From: Octopus sinensis | Lineage: Eukaryota | Length of the DNA stretch: 64,000 nt | Assembly: GCF_006345805.1 (NCBI RefSeq) | Contig: NC_042997.1 | Location: 191,766,001-191,830,000, forward strand | Reading direction: 5' to 3' | Shown here: positions 25,431-38,085 of the stretch, piece by piece | Layout: every line of letters begins with the position of its first letter | Numbering within the stretch: the first letter of the stretch is position 1 | Made by a program: the position numbers and the translations under genes | The notes under the pieces: model-generated | Told to the model about the DNA's origin: nothing | The model's input: only the letters and a program-made list of their open reading frames with translations | Database searches by the model: none

Positions 25431-25584
25431 AGAGATTACGAAAAAAACAAAAGACGAAGACAGGTGGTGTACAAAACAAACAGATGTATTAGTATAACGC
25501 TCAGGAATAGAAAAAGTCTTTTACGTTTCGAGCCTACGCTCTTCTACAGAAAGGGACATAGAAAAAACAAGGAGAGAAAAAAGG
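25429..25584 (-). mobile_element. Hammerhead-bearing repeat family 1, inserted in (TA)n
   Basis: (TA)n on both flanks (25393-25428 and 25586-25636); near-identical to 12929-13085. Confidence 0.65.
25518..25553 (-). ncRNA. Hammerhead-like motif, variant core CUGUAGA, GUA cleavage triplet
   Basis: CTTT-CTGTAGA-A-GAGC(GTAG)GCTC-GAA-ACGT-A-AAAG. Confidence 0.55.
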
Positions 25585-25639
<55 letters not shown>

Positions 25640-26707
25640 TTTCTCAAAAATCTCGAACAGAAATATTTCATAGCTATTAAACAATCAACTAGTGAATAGG
25701 TACAGCTTAAAAGTCTCAGTCGATATAGGCCTTTTAGGATTAAGGTGTCTTTTATAATTTTCCATTATTACATAATGTAACCAGCTTAATTCAAAATAAA
25801 TACGAAATAGAAATATAAAAAAAAAGCAGCACCAATCAACACGATTACATGTAAATAACATTAATTAGAACGCAGTAAGGTTACGCCAGAATAAATGCAA
25901 CACGCAACATAAACAACGAGGAGGCGGGAGTGCTACAAGATGTTTCATGTTTTAATGTAGATGCTTGCATCATTGGGAGATGGCTGAAACGTGGTTGCTG
26001 AACTTGCTAAATATAGCAGCCAAATCTAACTCATATCACAACCAACCGTTTTAAAACTAGCAAATATATTACATTTGGCTAACAGAAACAAACACAAAAA
26101 AAACCCAAAAAAGGACTGTGAAGATGGAATGCCTTTGATCTTGTCTGTTCGCTTAGGGATTATCAACAATTACTGTGACGTGTAAAAACAGTTCTCGATT
26201 CCACTCCAATAAAAACAATAAGGATAACGATTACTGCTATAAATAATAACGGTATTTTTAGAAATCCAGCATTACTTTAATTAAAATTATATCAAGTTCT
26301 AGAATTTACGTAACTATATCGATGTGTTGATTAGGGGTATGTGCGAATTTAGACAGTGCTTTTATTCTAATAATTTGCATTAAAATGAGGAAATGTTCGT
26401 TTAAAATGTATATCTATTTTCTATATGATTTATAGGTTGTGTAACAGAGATATTAAGCCCTTCGAATGTCTTATGGCTCTTGGAACATTAAACCCAGTCA
26501 CACCAAATTTACAATTAAAAAGCAAGCGCACAAATAAAAACAAAGTAGTGTAAAAAAGATGATGTTGGCTTTCGCATTTGCTAATTTGTTTTTTCTTTTC
26601 CGAATAGAGTTAGAGATCAAAGTAGCATTGCAACTTACCAATAGTAATTATACGGTATATTAACGACTTTTAACAATAAAACAATTCAACATTGTTACAG
26701 ATGATAC

Positions 26708-26765
26708 CTCTGAATGTTAAAATGGCGACACATTGGTCTTCACTGTGAACTAACCGGAAACGTGA
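26708..26765 (-). promoter_or_regulatory. Probable RBM33 promoter and non-coding exon 1 with YY1, CCAAT and ETS-like motifs
   Basis: AAAATGGCG at 26719-26727 (CGCCATTTT on minus), ATTGG at 26732-26736, CCGGAA at 26754-26759, and a minus-strand donor GAG|gtatca at 26707, all in a visibly CpG-rich stretch. The exact TSS cannot be determined. Confidence 0.5.
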
Positions 26766-27258
26766 TTCTTAAAGCATACTGTATAACATGGACAAATTTT
26801 ATTTAAAAATAAAAATGAAAGAATATGAATAGTAATAATAAATAATTCCTTTAAAAAATAATTTGAATTTTTTTACTCTGCTTTAAAAATGTTACAAGGT
26901 TATATCTTTTTTTCTTCGAATGTAATAAGTGTGTCGCAGTGAAAGATGTTTGACACAAAAACATTGTCGAAATTGGTTTATTTTTCAACTTTTGCAGATC
27001 TTCTTCGATAATTTATTTCTTATTTCCCCTTTTTCTTTTAATGGGTAAATGATATTTTAAGCTATATAAAATACTGGCCTGTTTTTTTAAAAGAATTTTA
27101 TAGATATCTTGGTTTCCGTTTAGAATCTACGAATAAATAATTTCACTGCTTGCCGTCTGCTACTAAACAGGGTTGTGGAAATTAAGGGAGAAAGCATAAC
27201 AAAATCCATCGAATTCATAAAAATATGATTTTAAAATTAAAATTTTGAGAAATGCAAA

Positions 27259-27472
27259 ATGACTGATTTTATTTTTCTTAATCATTTTTCAATTATTCTT
27301 CTACGGAGTTTATATTTGGCTGAATTTATACCAACTCCTGTGATTACGCTAATAATGAATTTGCTGTTAGGTCTGGAGGAAAGAGCGATGCCAAAGTCTT
27401 TTAAAAGACCATATTCTTTCTGTGCCCTGGTACCAGTGAGACTGATGTCATTAACGTTCTGCTTAAACTGTC
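27259..27472 (+). other. Candidate first exon of a divergently transcribed plus-strand gene; frame unresolved
   Basis: Strong donor TGTC|gtaagt at 27473 inside the CpG-rich region; ATG at 27259 opens a frame that runs through to the donor. Confidence 0.35.
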
Positions 27473-28089
27473 GTAAGTCGATGATCACGGAGAAAGAATT
27501 TTAGAGGGTTGATGTTTTCGGGAACAAAAGACTAGATGAGATTGATAGTGCAGGGTTTGAGTTGTACACAACATGGATGCTAAAAGGAGAAACGAGTGAG
27601 ATAAGAGTGTCTGGATGGAGGTAACAACGACTAGTCAGCACCGAGGAGCAAATGCCATTCTAGAATTAGTAGAAAGTATAGAAAAAAAAGAGAGTAAATC
27701 TGGGGGCCAGAAGTTGGAGTGTGTCCATGATAGACTTTATGCTGCTAGCGACATCCCAGATGTGAAAACTACTCGATGGTGGAGTATTGCTCTCACATCT
27801 GACTATTCGTTTTCATATTTTACATATATGTGATATGCGTAATGTCACAAATTTATATTTACCTGATTTTCTAAATGACACACCTACTTATATAACTCTA
27901 TGAAGGCACATCCAAATACCTATAAGATGAGGATTAATGCTGTGTGCATCTGGGTTCACCAAAGTATGCATTTCAGCATGTGCAATATTATAAATGAGAG
28001 ACGGCAAGGGGTGGTTTGCCTGAGGGCGACACTTTTGTACCGAGGACTACTTTATTTCTTAAACTCATGAGCTAACCCTGTATATATAT

Positions 28090-28134
<45 letters not shown>

Positions 28135-28559
28135 CATCTATGAAATGAAGGCAGACCGTCACCTCACACCCACTTCCCTTTTGGTTTTTTTTTTTGTGAC
28201 GGTCCACCTTGTCCGCCAAAATGAAGTGAACAAAACTTTTTAATCTGTTTGTCAGAATGAGCATGTATGTCTGTTTGTTCGTTTTACATCCATTTTCCCA
28301 TGTTAGCATGGGTTGGTGGAATACTTATCAAAGCTGTGTTTTACAGATGGATGTCCTTCCAGTCGTTGACAAAGAATTTTTTTTATATCACTTGTCTTTG
28401 AAAGCTCTGAGTTAAAGGACAATTTGTTGAGAGACTGTTAACATAATGTCACCATTTTTTGTTCACGCCTTTTGCCCAAACATATGAAAAGTAAATATTC
28501 ACACACACAAACACCGACACACACACATGCATACATACATACATACATACATACATATT

Positions 28560-30086
28560 TAGTTATAGAATGAGGAAAGTCAGTACCCCAAACCCCAAAC
28601 CTGTGCATCAACGGTCACTATCGCCCCCCCATTCCACACAAAGAATGTTACAAGTACCTGGGCATAGACGAAAACGTATCATATGAAGGCACTGTGGATA
28701 AAGATAGTGTGACCTGAGAATATTACACCAGACTTAGGAAAATGTGGCAGTCGGAACTCTCCTTTTACAACAAAACAACATCCCACAATGCATTTGCAGT
28801 ACCAGTGTTGATCCCAACATTTGGGATACTTGTTTGGTCTGTAGAGGAAATCCACTCCAGAGATATCAAACCCACAAAATCCTGACAACAACTGGGAACT
28901 TCCACTGAAACAATGATGTTGACAGGCTCTACCAAAGAAGAAATGAAGGTGGTAGAGGCCTGAGATCAGTGCAGATGGCCTTCGAATGCCATATGGTATC
29001 TCTTAGGCAGCACCTGCTAAACAACAGCAGCAAAAATAAATATATTGATGCAGTGCTGAAAAGGGAAGTGAGCAATATTGTACGAGTTGGTAGTGAGCTC
29101 CTCAAGAAGCACTCTCTTCCTAATGATTTTCTATACAGCCCTAAAACAGCTGGGGTCTCTTAGCTCAGAGAAGACCTGGATGGGAAGCACTCAGCATACA
29201 AAAAAAAAAAAAGACTATGCATAGGTATGTTGCCTGGAAGCTTGAAGAAGACAGAATTGACATGAAGCACAGACCACTACAAAACATTGTACTTTGAGGA
29301 CTATGTGTTTGCAATCCAGGAACAGGAGATTGCCACTAAGTACCTGATGAACAAGAAAGAGAGTGACACTCTTGTAATCCCAAGGTGCAACCACATGTGT
29401 TGGCTATGTCATGTTTCAGTGGAAGATGTCACACATATGATTAGCAGCTGTCCTAAAATGTGGTCATGGTACTACCTCCCTGTGCGGCACAATGTTGCTC
29501 AGACAATTTACAATGCCATCTGCAAAAAGGACTGTCCTGAAATAAACTTGGAAAATCCCTCTCTTATGGAATACGTTCATAAACGCCAACTCAAGGAATA
29601 CTGGTGGAATATTTCCATCAAAACTTCTGTCAAATGTAAACATAACAGGCTGGATATTGTTGTTTGGGACAGAGGGGCAAAAGTACGTACCATATAGCGG
29701 TCAGCTGCTCTGTAGATATAATTATCTCTTTGAAAATCAAAGAAAAAGAGGATATCTGTGGTCAACTGCTTCAAAACCTCCAGCTTCTATATACAGACTA
29801 TGAATTCATGTTCATGCTAATGATAATTGAAGTAATAGGTTTTATAAGGAAATGCTTAAAGGAGAATCTAGATAAACTGAGATTTTCAGAAAGAGAAATT
29901 GACCAGCTAATTTGTACATTACAAGTGCAATCTGTGAATGGAACAGTGAAAATATGCAAGATTTTTCTCAAGTTCCAAATGTGAATTTGTTTGTGTTAAC
30001 AACATCTCAAAGATGGAGCCTTGTATCTTTGTTGGAAACCAGCTCCCTCCTCAATGGAAGATTTATAATAATTAAAATTTTGAAGA
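28560..30086 (+). mobile_element. 5'-truncated R4-clade (restriction-like endonuclease) non-LTR retrotransposon, defective
   Basis: YKYLGIDE...RKMWQSELS..NK, AIQEQEI, a CxxC-H-C knuckle, RHN, RLDIVV and an EK..L..L endonuclease region. Confidence 0.8.
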
Positions 30087-30344
30087 TATACATACATACA
30101 TATATACATACATACATACATACATATATACATACATACATACATACATACATACATACATTCATTCATTCATACATACATACATACATTCATACATACA
30201 TACATACATACATACATACATACATACATACATACATACATACATTCATTCATTCATACATACATACATACATTCATACATACATACATACATACATACA
30301 TACATTCATACATACATACATACATACATACATACATACATACA

Positions 30345-30375
<31 letters not shown>
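30087..30375. repeat. Long (CATA)n/(CATT) microsatellite
   Basis: Direct reading; source of the IHTY-repeat ORF 29912-30493. Confidence 0.98.
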
Positions 30376-30376
<1 letters not shown>

Positions 30377-31299
30377 AGCACATATGCTAGAGACTTCCAC
30401 ACAGTTTCCATTTATCAATTCTACACACCAAGTATTTGTTGGCCCAAGTTTACAGCAGAAGACACTCACAGAAGGTACTACATGGTGAAGTAGAACCACA
30501 TGGTTACAAAGCAAATTCTATATCCACACAACCATACATACACCTATGAGTATGTGTGAGAATATTTTTGTTGACATACTTAGCAGTGTGTGTGTGTGCT
30601 AGTTGTGATAGCAGTTCTAGACAAGTGAAAATTCAGATGAAAATTTGAGAAGGTAACTGAAGACTAGTAATTGGTGGGTTGTATTAACAGCAATGAAAAT
30701 GGTTTTAAAATTTGGCACAAGGCTGGCAATTTCAAATGGAGTGGGGCTAGCTGATTACATCAACCCCTGTACTTCCTTGATATTTCATTTTTGTCAATCC
30801 CAGACATACATGCACACAAACATACACATAGAGTGAGAGAATGAGAGAGACGGAGAAAGAAAGGGGTTGAGAGAAAGAGGTAGAGAACAAGAGATATATT
30901 AAAACGTCTGGTGTCAAAACGTTGGTGTAGAATCAGTGAACAAAAATACATGGTATTAAAGTGGCTGCTTGCCAAAATGTCTCATAGAAACAATGGGACT
31001 AAGCACTCAGCAACACAAGAATGATAGTAGTTCTCACTGTCTAACTGCTGCTGTGAATGTCTATTCACCTCCCCATGTGCCTGAGGCACAACTTGTGTTG
31101 TGTCTTCAGGCTCTTCAGTGAGTTCTAAATTTTCTGTCTCGATTTATTGTGATAATATTAATAATGAAATTATTGCATACAGTGCTCAGGTGCACCACAA
31201 CTTGTCAAAAGTGCGTATAAAGCATATTTAGTAATGTACACATGTCTGAAAAGTGAACAGTGTATGAGTCAGATACATGCTTGCGTGTGTATGGAGGGG

Positions 31300-31600
31300 A
31301 GAAAATCAGGTGTAGTGTTGGCGAATCTCAGGAAGCATGGAAGTTTTGAAGGATGTAGTGCTCCGATAACTAACAACTGATGCCGGCAGTCTGTTCCATA
31401 CTGCAGCAACTCTTAGCATGAAAAAATGTTTCCGAAAGTCATGGGAGCTGTGCTGTTTTCTGACTTTGTAAACATGTCCACGAGTGTTAGACAGGTGGAG
31501 TTTGAACAGGTTTGAAAAGGTGCTCAGAGTTATTGTTGGTAAAATGGTTAACAATTTTATGGTTGATTCTGTTAGACTTCACTTCCTCACAGACACTCTC
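31300..31600 (-). mobile_element. CR1-clade LINE 3' fragment
   Basis: NTRGHVYKVRK...FFMLRVAAVWNRLPASVV. Confidence 0.85.
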
Positions 31601-33560
31601 AGGCAGGAAAGGTTTTTGCTCAGAGTTTCTGGCTGTTACCAAGGTTGCTGAGCTAAGCCTGCCCAGTTATACAGCCAGTGCACTTGTGGGCTTCTTCAGA
31701 GACATATTTTAACAAGAACTAAGTGGCATCTCATTCTCAATGGTTTCACAGTATGCCAGACAGTATATCACAACCACCAATAGTCAACAGAACACCACAA
31801 CATTACCAGTCATTACCACACCACTATAATCTCCATCAGTCTGCTACAGTTACAACAACACTCCTATAAGTTGTTCATGGAAAGGCGTCGAGCTGGCAGA
31901 AATGTTAGCGCGCTGGGCGACGTTCTGAGTTTAAATTCCGCCGAGGTCGACTTTGCCTTTCATCCTTTTGGGGTCGATAAACAAAGCACCAGTTTCACAC
32001 TGGGGTCGATATAATTGACTTAATCCCTTTGTCTATCCTTGTTTGTCTCCTCTATGTTTAGCCCCTTGTGGGCAGTAAAGGAATATATAAGTTGCTCATG
32101 GGTAGAGATTGAAATGCATAGTCCTTGTATATTAGGAGGATGTTTTCAAGATCTCATAGTGTATGGAAGTCTTGTACATCTAGTATTAGGTGTTGAGATT
32201 GTATGTGGATGGTACACGTGTACAACAGGCTAGAAGTCAGTACTAGTTAGTGACAGCTTCAAATTAAGGTACAAGGCCAGCAATATTGGGGTATGGGGTA
32301 AGTTGATTACATTAACCCCAGCTTTCAACTGGTACTCATTTGATTAATCCTGAGAGGATGAACGATAAAGTCAACCTTGATAGATTTTGAACTCAGAGCT
32401 TAAAGACAGACAAATGCTGCTAAGCATTTTGCTTGGCATGCTAATGGTTCTGCCAGTTTGTCACCTTAGTACTAGCTCATATCAAACACCAACCCATGTC
32501 CATGGCCAGCTCAAGGTACTGGCAAATTGGGCAGTCACCCGTGGTGCCATGTGATTTTTAGTCTACATTTTCAGTTTTTCTCCTTGTGAAAGTTTCTAAA
32601 AATTATACTTGTAAGGGCACCAAAGTTCAGCTTGCCCAGGGCGTCAGCAACTCTAGGGCTGGCCCTGCCCATATCCCTGACAGACACTAACTCATGAAAT
32701 ATTCTAGATTTCTTCCTCACCTTCAGAACCATTCTTCACCCAGGTATTACTGTCTCTGTTCTCACTGGATCTTCTAACACCTATCTAATCAAGGTCAGTA
32801 CAAAAGGAACTACACAGTTTTATTCTGCCAGGTTTAATTGCAGTTAAATGGAACTTAAGAATAATCAACTCAGTAGTTTATAAACTGTGGTGTTTGTGGC
32901 ATTATGGGCTGTGATGAGCTATGTGGCGATGGTGGAGAGGATTGCAAATGAGGTAAATGGAAGTGAGGACTGCAGGGGCCGACAGAAGAGCCACAGGGGC
33001 ATGTGTGGGCAAAAAGCACATGTGGGAGTTCGATGAGAGATGGCAGCGTGCAAGGACGTGCTTTTTCTTGACAGTGATTGCTCATCCCACCCAGGTCAAC
33101 AGGTAAGGTCTCTGTATTTCTTTCTCCCTTTTGCTTCTTTTTCTGTTGTCTTTTTCATCCACCATACTACAAGCTATTTCAGCCCATAACACATAAACTG
33201 AAAAAAAAGAAAGAAATAAAAAAGCCCCACTACTCCTACAAAAAATATCAGTGAAATGCTTTCGCTCTTCCCCGCTTTTATAATTAGTATGAGAACACAA
33301 TAGAGTGTTTAGTTCTTTATAATTCTTCTATCTTTGCCATGGTGTGGGATAAATTTAAAAACATTAACTCTAGCATTTAAACCAGCCAAATCTATCCCAA
33401 ATGTTCAACCTGTTTTATGTCCAAACCAACCAGATCTGGCCTCTCATGCCTGCTCTAAAATGTCATTTTAAAAATAATCATATCATTGAAATCTCAAAGC
33501 TACAAAATAATGCATGATTAATTCAAAACAATGTGAATAGATAAGTATTACATTTGACAG

Positions 33561-33884
33561 GTGAAGGCACGTGGCTTAGTGGTTAGGGCATTCGGCTCAT
33601 GATTGTAAGGTTGTGAGTTCAATTCCTGGCGACGCATTGTGTCCTTCAGCAAGACACTTTATTTCACATTGCTCCAGTCCACTCAGCTGGCAAAAATGAG
33701 TTGTACCTGTATTTCAAAGGGCCAGCCTTGTCACACTCTGTGTCATGCTGAATCTCCCTGAGAACCACTTTAGGGGTACACATGTCTATGGATTGCTCAG
33801 TCACTTGCACATTAATTTCATGAGCAGGCTGTTCAGTTGATTGTATCAGCTGGGACCCTTTCGTCATAACCAATGGAGTTCTCC
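33561..33884 (+). mobile_element. tRNA-headed V-domain-like SINE with a 13-bp TSD, inserted in TTAA MITE 33368-33918
   Basis: TSD ttacatttgacag at 33548-33560 and 33885-33897; A/B boxes; tgtgtccttcagcaagacactt. Confidence 0.85.
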
Positions 33885-34072
33885 TTACATTTGACAGAGT
33901 AATCTGCATGCCAAAGGGTTAAAACCATAATTCTGCATTAAGACATGGTAATTTGTTAACTCCTTTTTAATTCTCACTGAACCTCTCGTCCCACACCCCA
34001 TGAGAAATAGTGGGTTAAACAGCCTTATAGCCAGGAATGTAGCTTTTGTAAATCCCAAAATTCAGTTGTATA

Positions 34073-34267
34073 CTCTTTATTCTTTTACTTGTTTCAGTCA
34101 TTTGACTGTGGCCATGCTGGAGCACTGCCTTTAGTCGAGCAAATCGACCCCAGGACTTATTCTTTGTAAGCCTAGTACTTATTCTATCGGTCTCTTTTGC
34201 CGAACCGCTAAGTTACGGGGACATAAACACACCAGCATCGGTTGGGGTGACAAACAAAAACACATAA

Positions 34268-34305
<38 letters not shown>

Positions 34306-34610
34306 ATATATACAATGGGCTTCTTTCAGTTTCCGTCTACCAAATCCACTCACACCAGCATTGGTTGTCAAGCAATGCTAGGGGGACAAACACAGACACA
34401 CAAACACACACATGCATATATATATATATATATATACACATATATACGACGGGCTTCTTTCAGTTTCCGTCTACCAAATCCACTCACAAGGCTTTGATTG
34501 GCCCGAGGCTATAGTAGAAGACACTTGCCCAAGGTGCTACACAGTGAGACTGAACCCGGAACCATGTAGTTGGTAAGCAAGCTCCTTACCACACAGCCAC
34601 TCCTGTGCCT
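34073..34610 (-). mobile_element. SINE family A with an internal duplication of about 120 bp
   Basis: The middle microsatellite block occurs twice. Confidence 0.88.
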
Positions 34611-35282
34611 ATGTATGTCAAAAATTATGTATTGTGTGAAGATCAAACAATGGTAAGAATGCCAGTCCAGATTCGACCAAACAGACTGAATTCCTTGTTT
34701 TAAAAGACTAACAAAATTTTGACAGTTTGGATCATTCTATTCCATTGTTGACTACAGTGATGTTCTCATACAACAGTATGTAATGCATGGATAGGTATGA
34801 GACATTTTAGCATGGCTGATTTAACACCGACTCATTTGACTTTAGATGTTTTAATGTTTCTCTAATTCCGTCTCTCTCTGTCTCTCTGTGAGCATCAAGT
34901 TATGTTTGGATGTACAAAGTTTGATAAAAAATATCAGAACTGTTGCTATGGTAACAGAGCTAAAGTACACAGACCGAAGCTGCTTGGCACAGGTTGACCT
35001 TGAACTCAGTTGTGCATACACACTAAGTCATAACGGCCTTGGTCACTTTCATTACACATAGAACTGCTCGGAAGTTAAGTCTGTAGTGTGGTAATCTCAC
35101 GACACCACATCACAGAGGCTGTCAGCTAGAGTCTGATGAGCTGTCTATAAGGCTGAGCACTTTATGGATGAGAAACCATAGGTCACTCTGTGACCAGCCG
35201 TTTAATTAATGTCCTCTAAATACATTACTGCTCTAATACTTGTGTGCTTCTTTTTCAAATATTTAATCTACTCATGGTGATG

Positions 35283-35328
<46 letters not shown>

Positions 35329-35577
35329 GAAAAAATGTCAAGATAGAAAATACTAAAATAATTTTATAAAAAACATTTCAGTACCGGTTTCAGTCATTGA
35401 GACTTTTTCAACTGTAACAATTAAACAATTAAGTTTAGAAAAATTAAAAGAAAAGATTTTTTAAAAGAATATTTGCATAGTGTTCAAGTACAAGTGGCAT
35501 TTTCCTTGTTTCTGCCTGTCTCTGTCTCTCTTGTTTACTCTTGTGGGTTCGCGGTTGTTGTGAATTCTTGGTAGGGG

Positions 35578-35620
35578 AGAAGAAGAAGAAGAAGAAGAGA
35601 AGAAGAAGAAGAAGAAGAAG
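35578..35620. repeat. (GAA)n microsatellite; (GA)n tracts also at 13760-13812 and 57356-57398, and many (TA)n/(CA)n tracts throughout
   Basis: Direct reading. Confidence 0.97.
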
Positions 35621-35652
35621 AATATATACATAAATATGTCTGTGTGTGTGTA

Positions 35653-35869
35653 CAAGAGGGTGCTGAAAAGTTCTTGGTTTTGAGGGTATTGTGAAAGGCC
35701 TGGTTGGAGGCCCAACCTTCCGGGTTCTTTTACAGGGCTTAGAAAAACTGAAGGACCACTGCGATAAGTGTATGGATCTGAGAGGGGAATATGCTCAATA
35801 AAATCATAATTAACTGACCCTCCTGTATTTTCTTCTGCCAAAAGCCAGGAACTTTTCAACACCTCCTTT
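35653..35869 (+). mobile_element. Mariner-derived MITE retaining the transposase C-terminus
   Basis: TIRs gagggtgctgaaaagttc / gaacttttcaacacctc; codes GLEKLKDHCDKCMDLRGEY. Confidence 0.75.
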
Positions 35870-37859
35870 TATATAATGACGCAAGACCCAGATCTCTGGA
35901 GATATGCTGTGACTGTGAAGACCCAACAAATGACGTGAGTTCACGGCTATTTCCTGTACCAGCTTCACATAGTAGCCCCAGCCCATCCAAAGTAGCTTGG
36001 ATCGCAGGACGGCCTGCTGTGCTTACCTTGGATCATAGGGTGACCTGCTGTGCTTGAGGAGACCTATTGAGTCAAGTACATCAACATCAAAATAAAAATC
36101 AAATGGAAATTATAGTTGTGATACCTGTGCCGGTGGCACATAAAAAGCACCATCCGAACATGGCCGATGCCAGCGCCACCTTGACTGGCTTCCGTGCCGG
36201 TGGCACATAAAAAGCACCAACCGATCGTGGCCATTGCCAGCCTTCCCTGGCACCTGTGCTGGTGGCATGTAAAACGCACCCACTACTCTCATTGGCATTA
36301 GGAAGGGCATCCAGCTGTAGAAAGACTGCCAGATCAGACAGGAGCCTGGTGTAGCCTCCTGGCTTCCCAGACCCTGGTTGAACCGTCCAACCCATGCTAG
36401 CATGGAAACCGGATGTTAAGCGATGATGATGATGATGATGATTCTTTTTTTCAATATCATCTGGGTAATAACCTTATAATGTACATTTAAAAGCTTCTAT
36501 ACAGTCATCAGTTGCCATATACCATCATACAGCAGGGTTAAACTGGATATACAGGTGGAACTCCTTAAGCTGGATGTGTGTGTGTGTGAGTGTGCTCTAT
36601 TAAAATCATTCACTAACTGTGGTGTGGTTATTATCACTTGTCCTGTTAACAAATTATCCACTCATTTCTTGTTTCCTTGTGAATTAAAAAAGATCCCTTA
36701 CTTGAATAACAGGTAAGAGTTAGCAACAGAAAGGGTATCAAGCAGTTAAAAAACACCCCTAAGCCATGCATACAAAAATGAAAGTAAAAATAAAAGCGCA
36801 CAATGACGTGCTTTGATGGGAGAAAAGTATATTATTGTTTATCAGTCAGCGCGATTGTTTAATCTTTTATGTGGTTCTTATCTGTAGGATTAATGTGAAG
36901 ATGAAAACATTTGTATTGTTTAAACAATTAGGTTTCATCCAAATGAAATCCATTTAATTGATTGGCAGATTCTCTCATTGACATACTTTAACCACAAGTT
37001 CTCTCATATGTGCTTTCCTATTTTACACATTGCCTCTTCTGTCTCTTCAAACTGGACATCATTCGCATCAGCCTCACCCATCTGGGTGGGACTGCAAAGT
37101 TTGTTTGTACTTTCCCTTTATTTCTTGGACAAACTTGCACCCCTTGGTCAAACATTAATTATTAAATAGCATTATAGGAAGGGATATTGTATTATAATTG
37201 GAATAAATATAGATGGAAATTGCTTCTTTTTTTTGTGCCACTCAAACAAATGGTAATGATTTCATATTGTAAATATATGTCATTGATACGTTTTTCCCAG
37301 ATCAATATTGCCTAATTGATTGAACTGTCTTATAATTCCTTTTCAAGGTTCTGCTTGTAGATGTTTAAATACTACTGTCCAGTCTCTACTGGCTTGTAAA
37401 AACAGACAGTAAATTGATGAATGGGGATAACATAAATGGTGTTAAGTAGAAAAGAAAAACAAGAAAAACTTGGATGAATATATAGGTTGAGTAAAGTTGC
37501 TTTTTATTAACCGGTTATGGTTGTTAAGCACCAGATTAATGCTGATCTAGCAGATCTGCAACCAAAACCTTTTCAGCTGTATTCATTTCATCCAGTTTGA
37601 AGAAGTCTAATAGATTCATTGTTTGTCCTTAGGCTAGAGGCTAATGCATTATATAGGATGTCACTGTTGGTGATTCATTTGCTCCATTACTTATCAGTAG
37701 TAGATAGAAACTGAAGTCAACCAAGAATTAAAAAACCTTAGTTTTCATGCCTATGTCTATTGTTTTCTGAATCTGCACTCAGAATTTATGAGTGTCACCT
37801 GTCAAATTTGCAACTCTCTTTGATGGAAACTGAACTTAATTTAGACAGATAATCCTATT

Positions 37860-38085
37860 TCTTCACTACCCACAAGAGACTAAACACAGAGGGGACAAAC
37901 AAGGACAGACACATGGATTAAGTTGATTACATCGACCCCAGTGCGTAACTGGTACTTATTTAATTGACCCTGAAAGGATGAAAGGCAAAGTCGACCTCGG
38001 CAGAATTTGAACTCAGAACGTAACAGCAGACAAAATACCACTAAGCATTTTGTCCGGCATGCTAACGGTTCTACCAGCTCGCCAC
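37860..38085 (-). mobile_element. Full-length SINE family B (Meta-domain-like); other copies at 10190-10390(-), 31884-32085(+), 32270-32462(-), 51950-52130(-)
   Basis: ggcgagctggtagaacc head, gagttcaaattc B box, gcctttcatcctttc...agtaccag core. Confidence 0.85.

Noticed and set aside
29912-30493. 193-aa ORF with IHTY repeats, and the many YIYI/CVCV ORFs at 44829-45512
   Set aside because: They are translations of (CATA)n, (TA)n and (CA)n microsatellites
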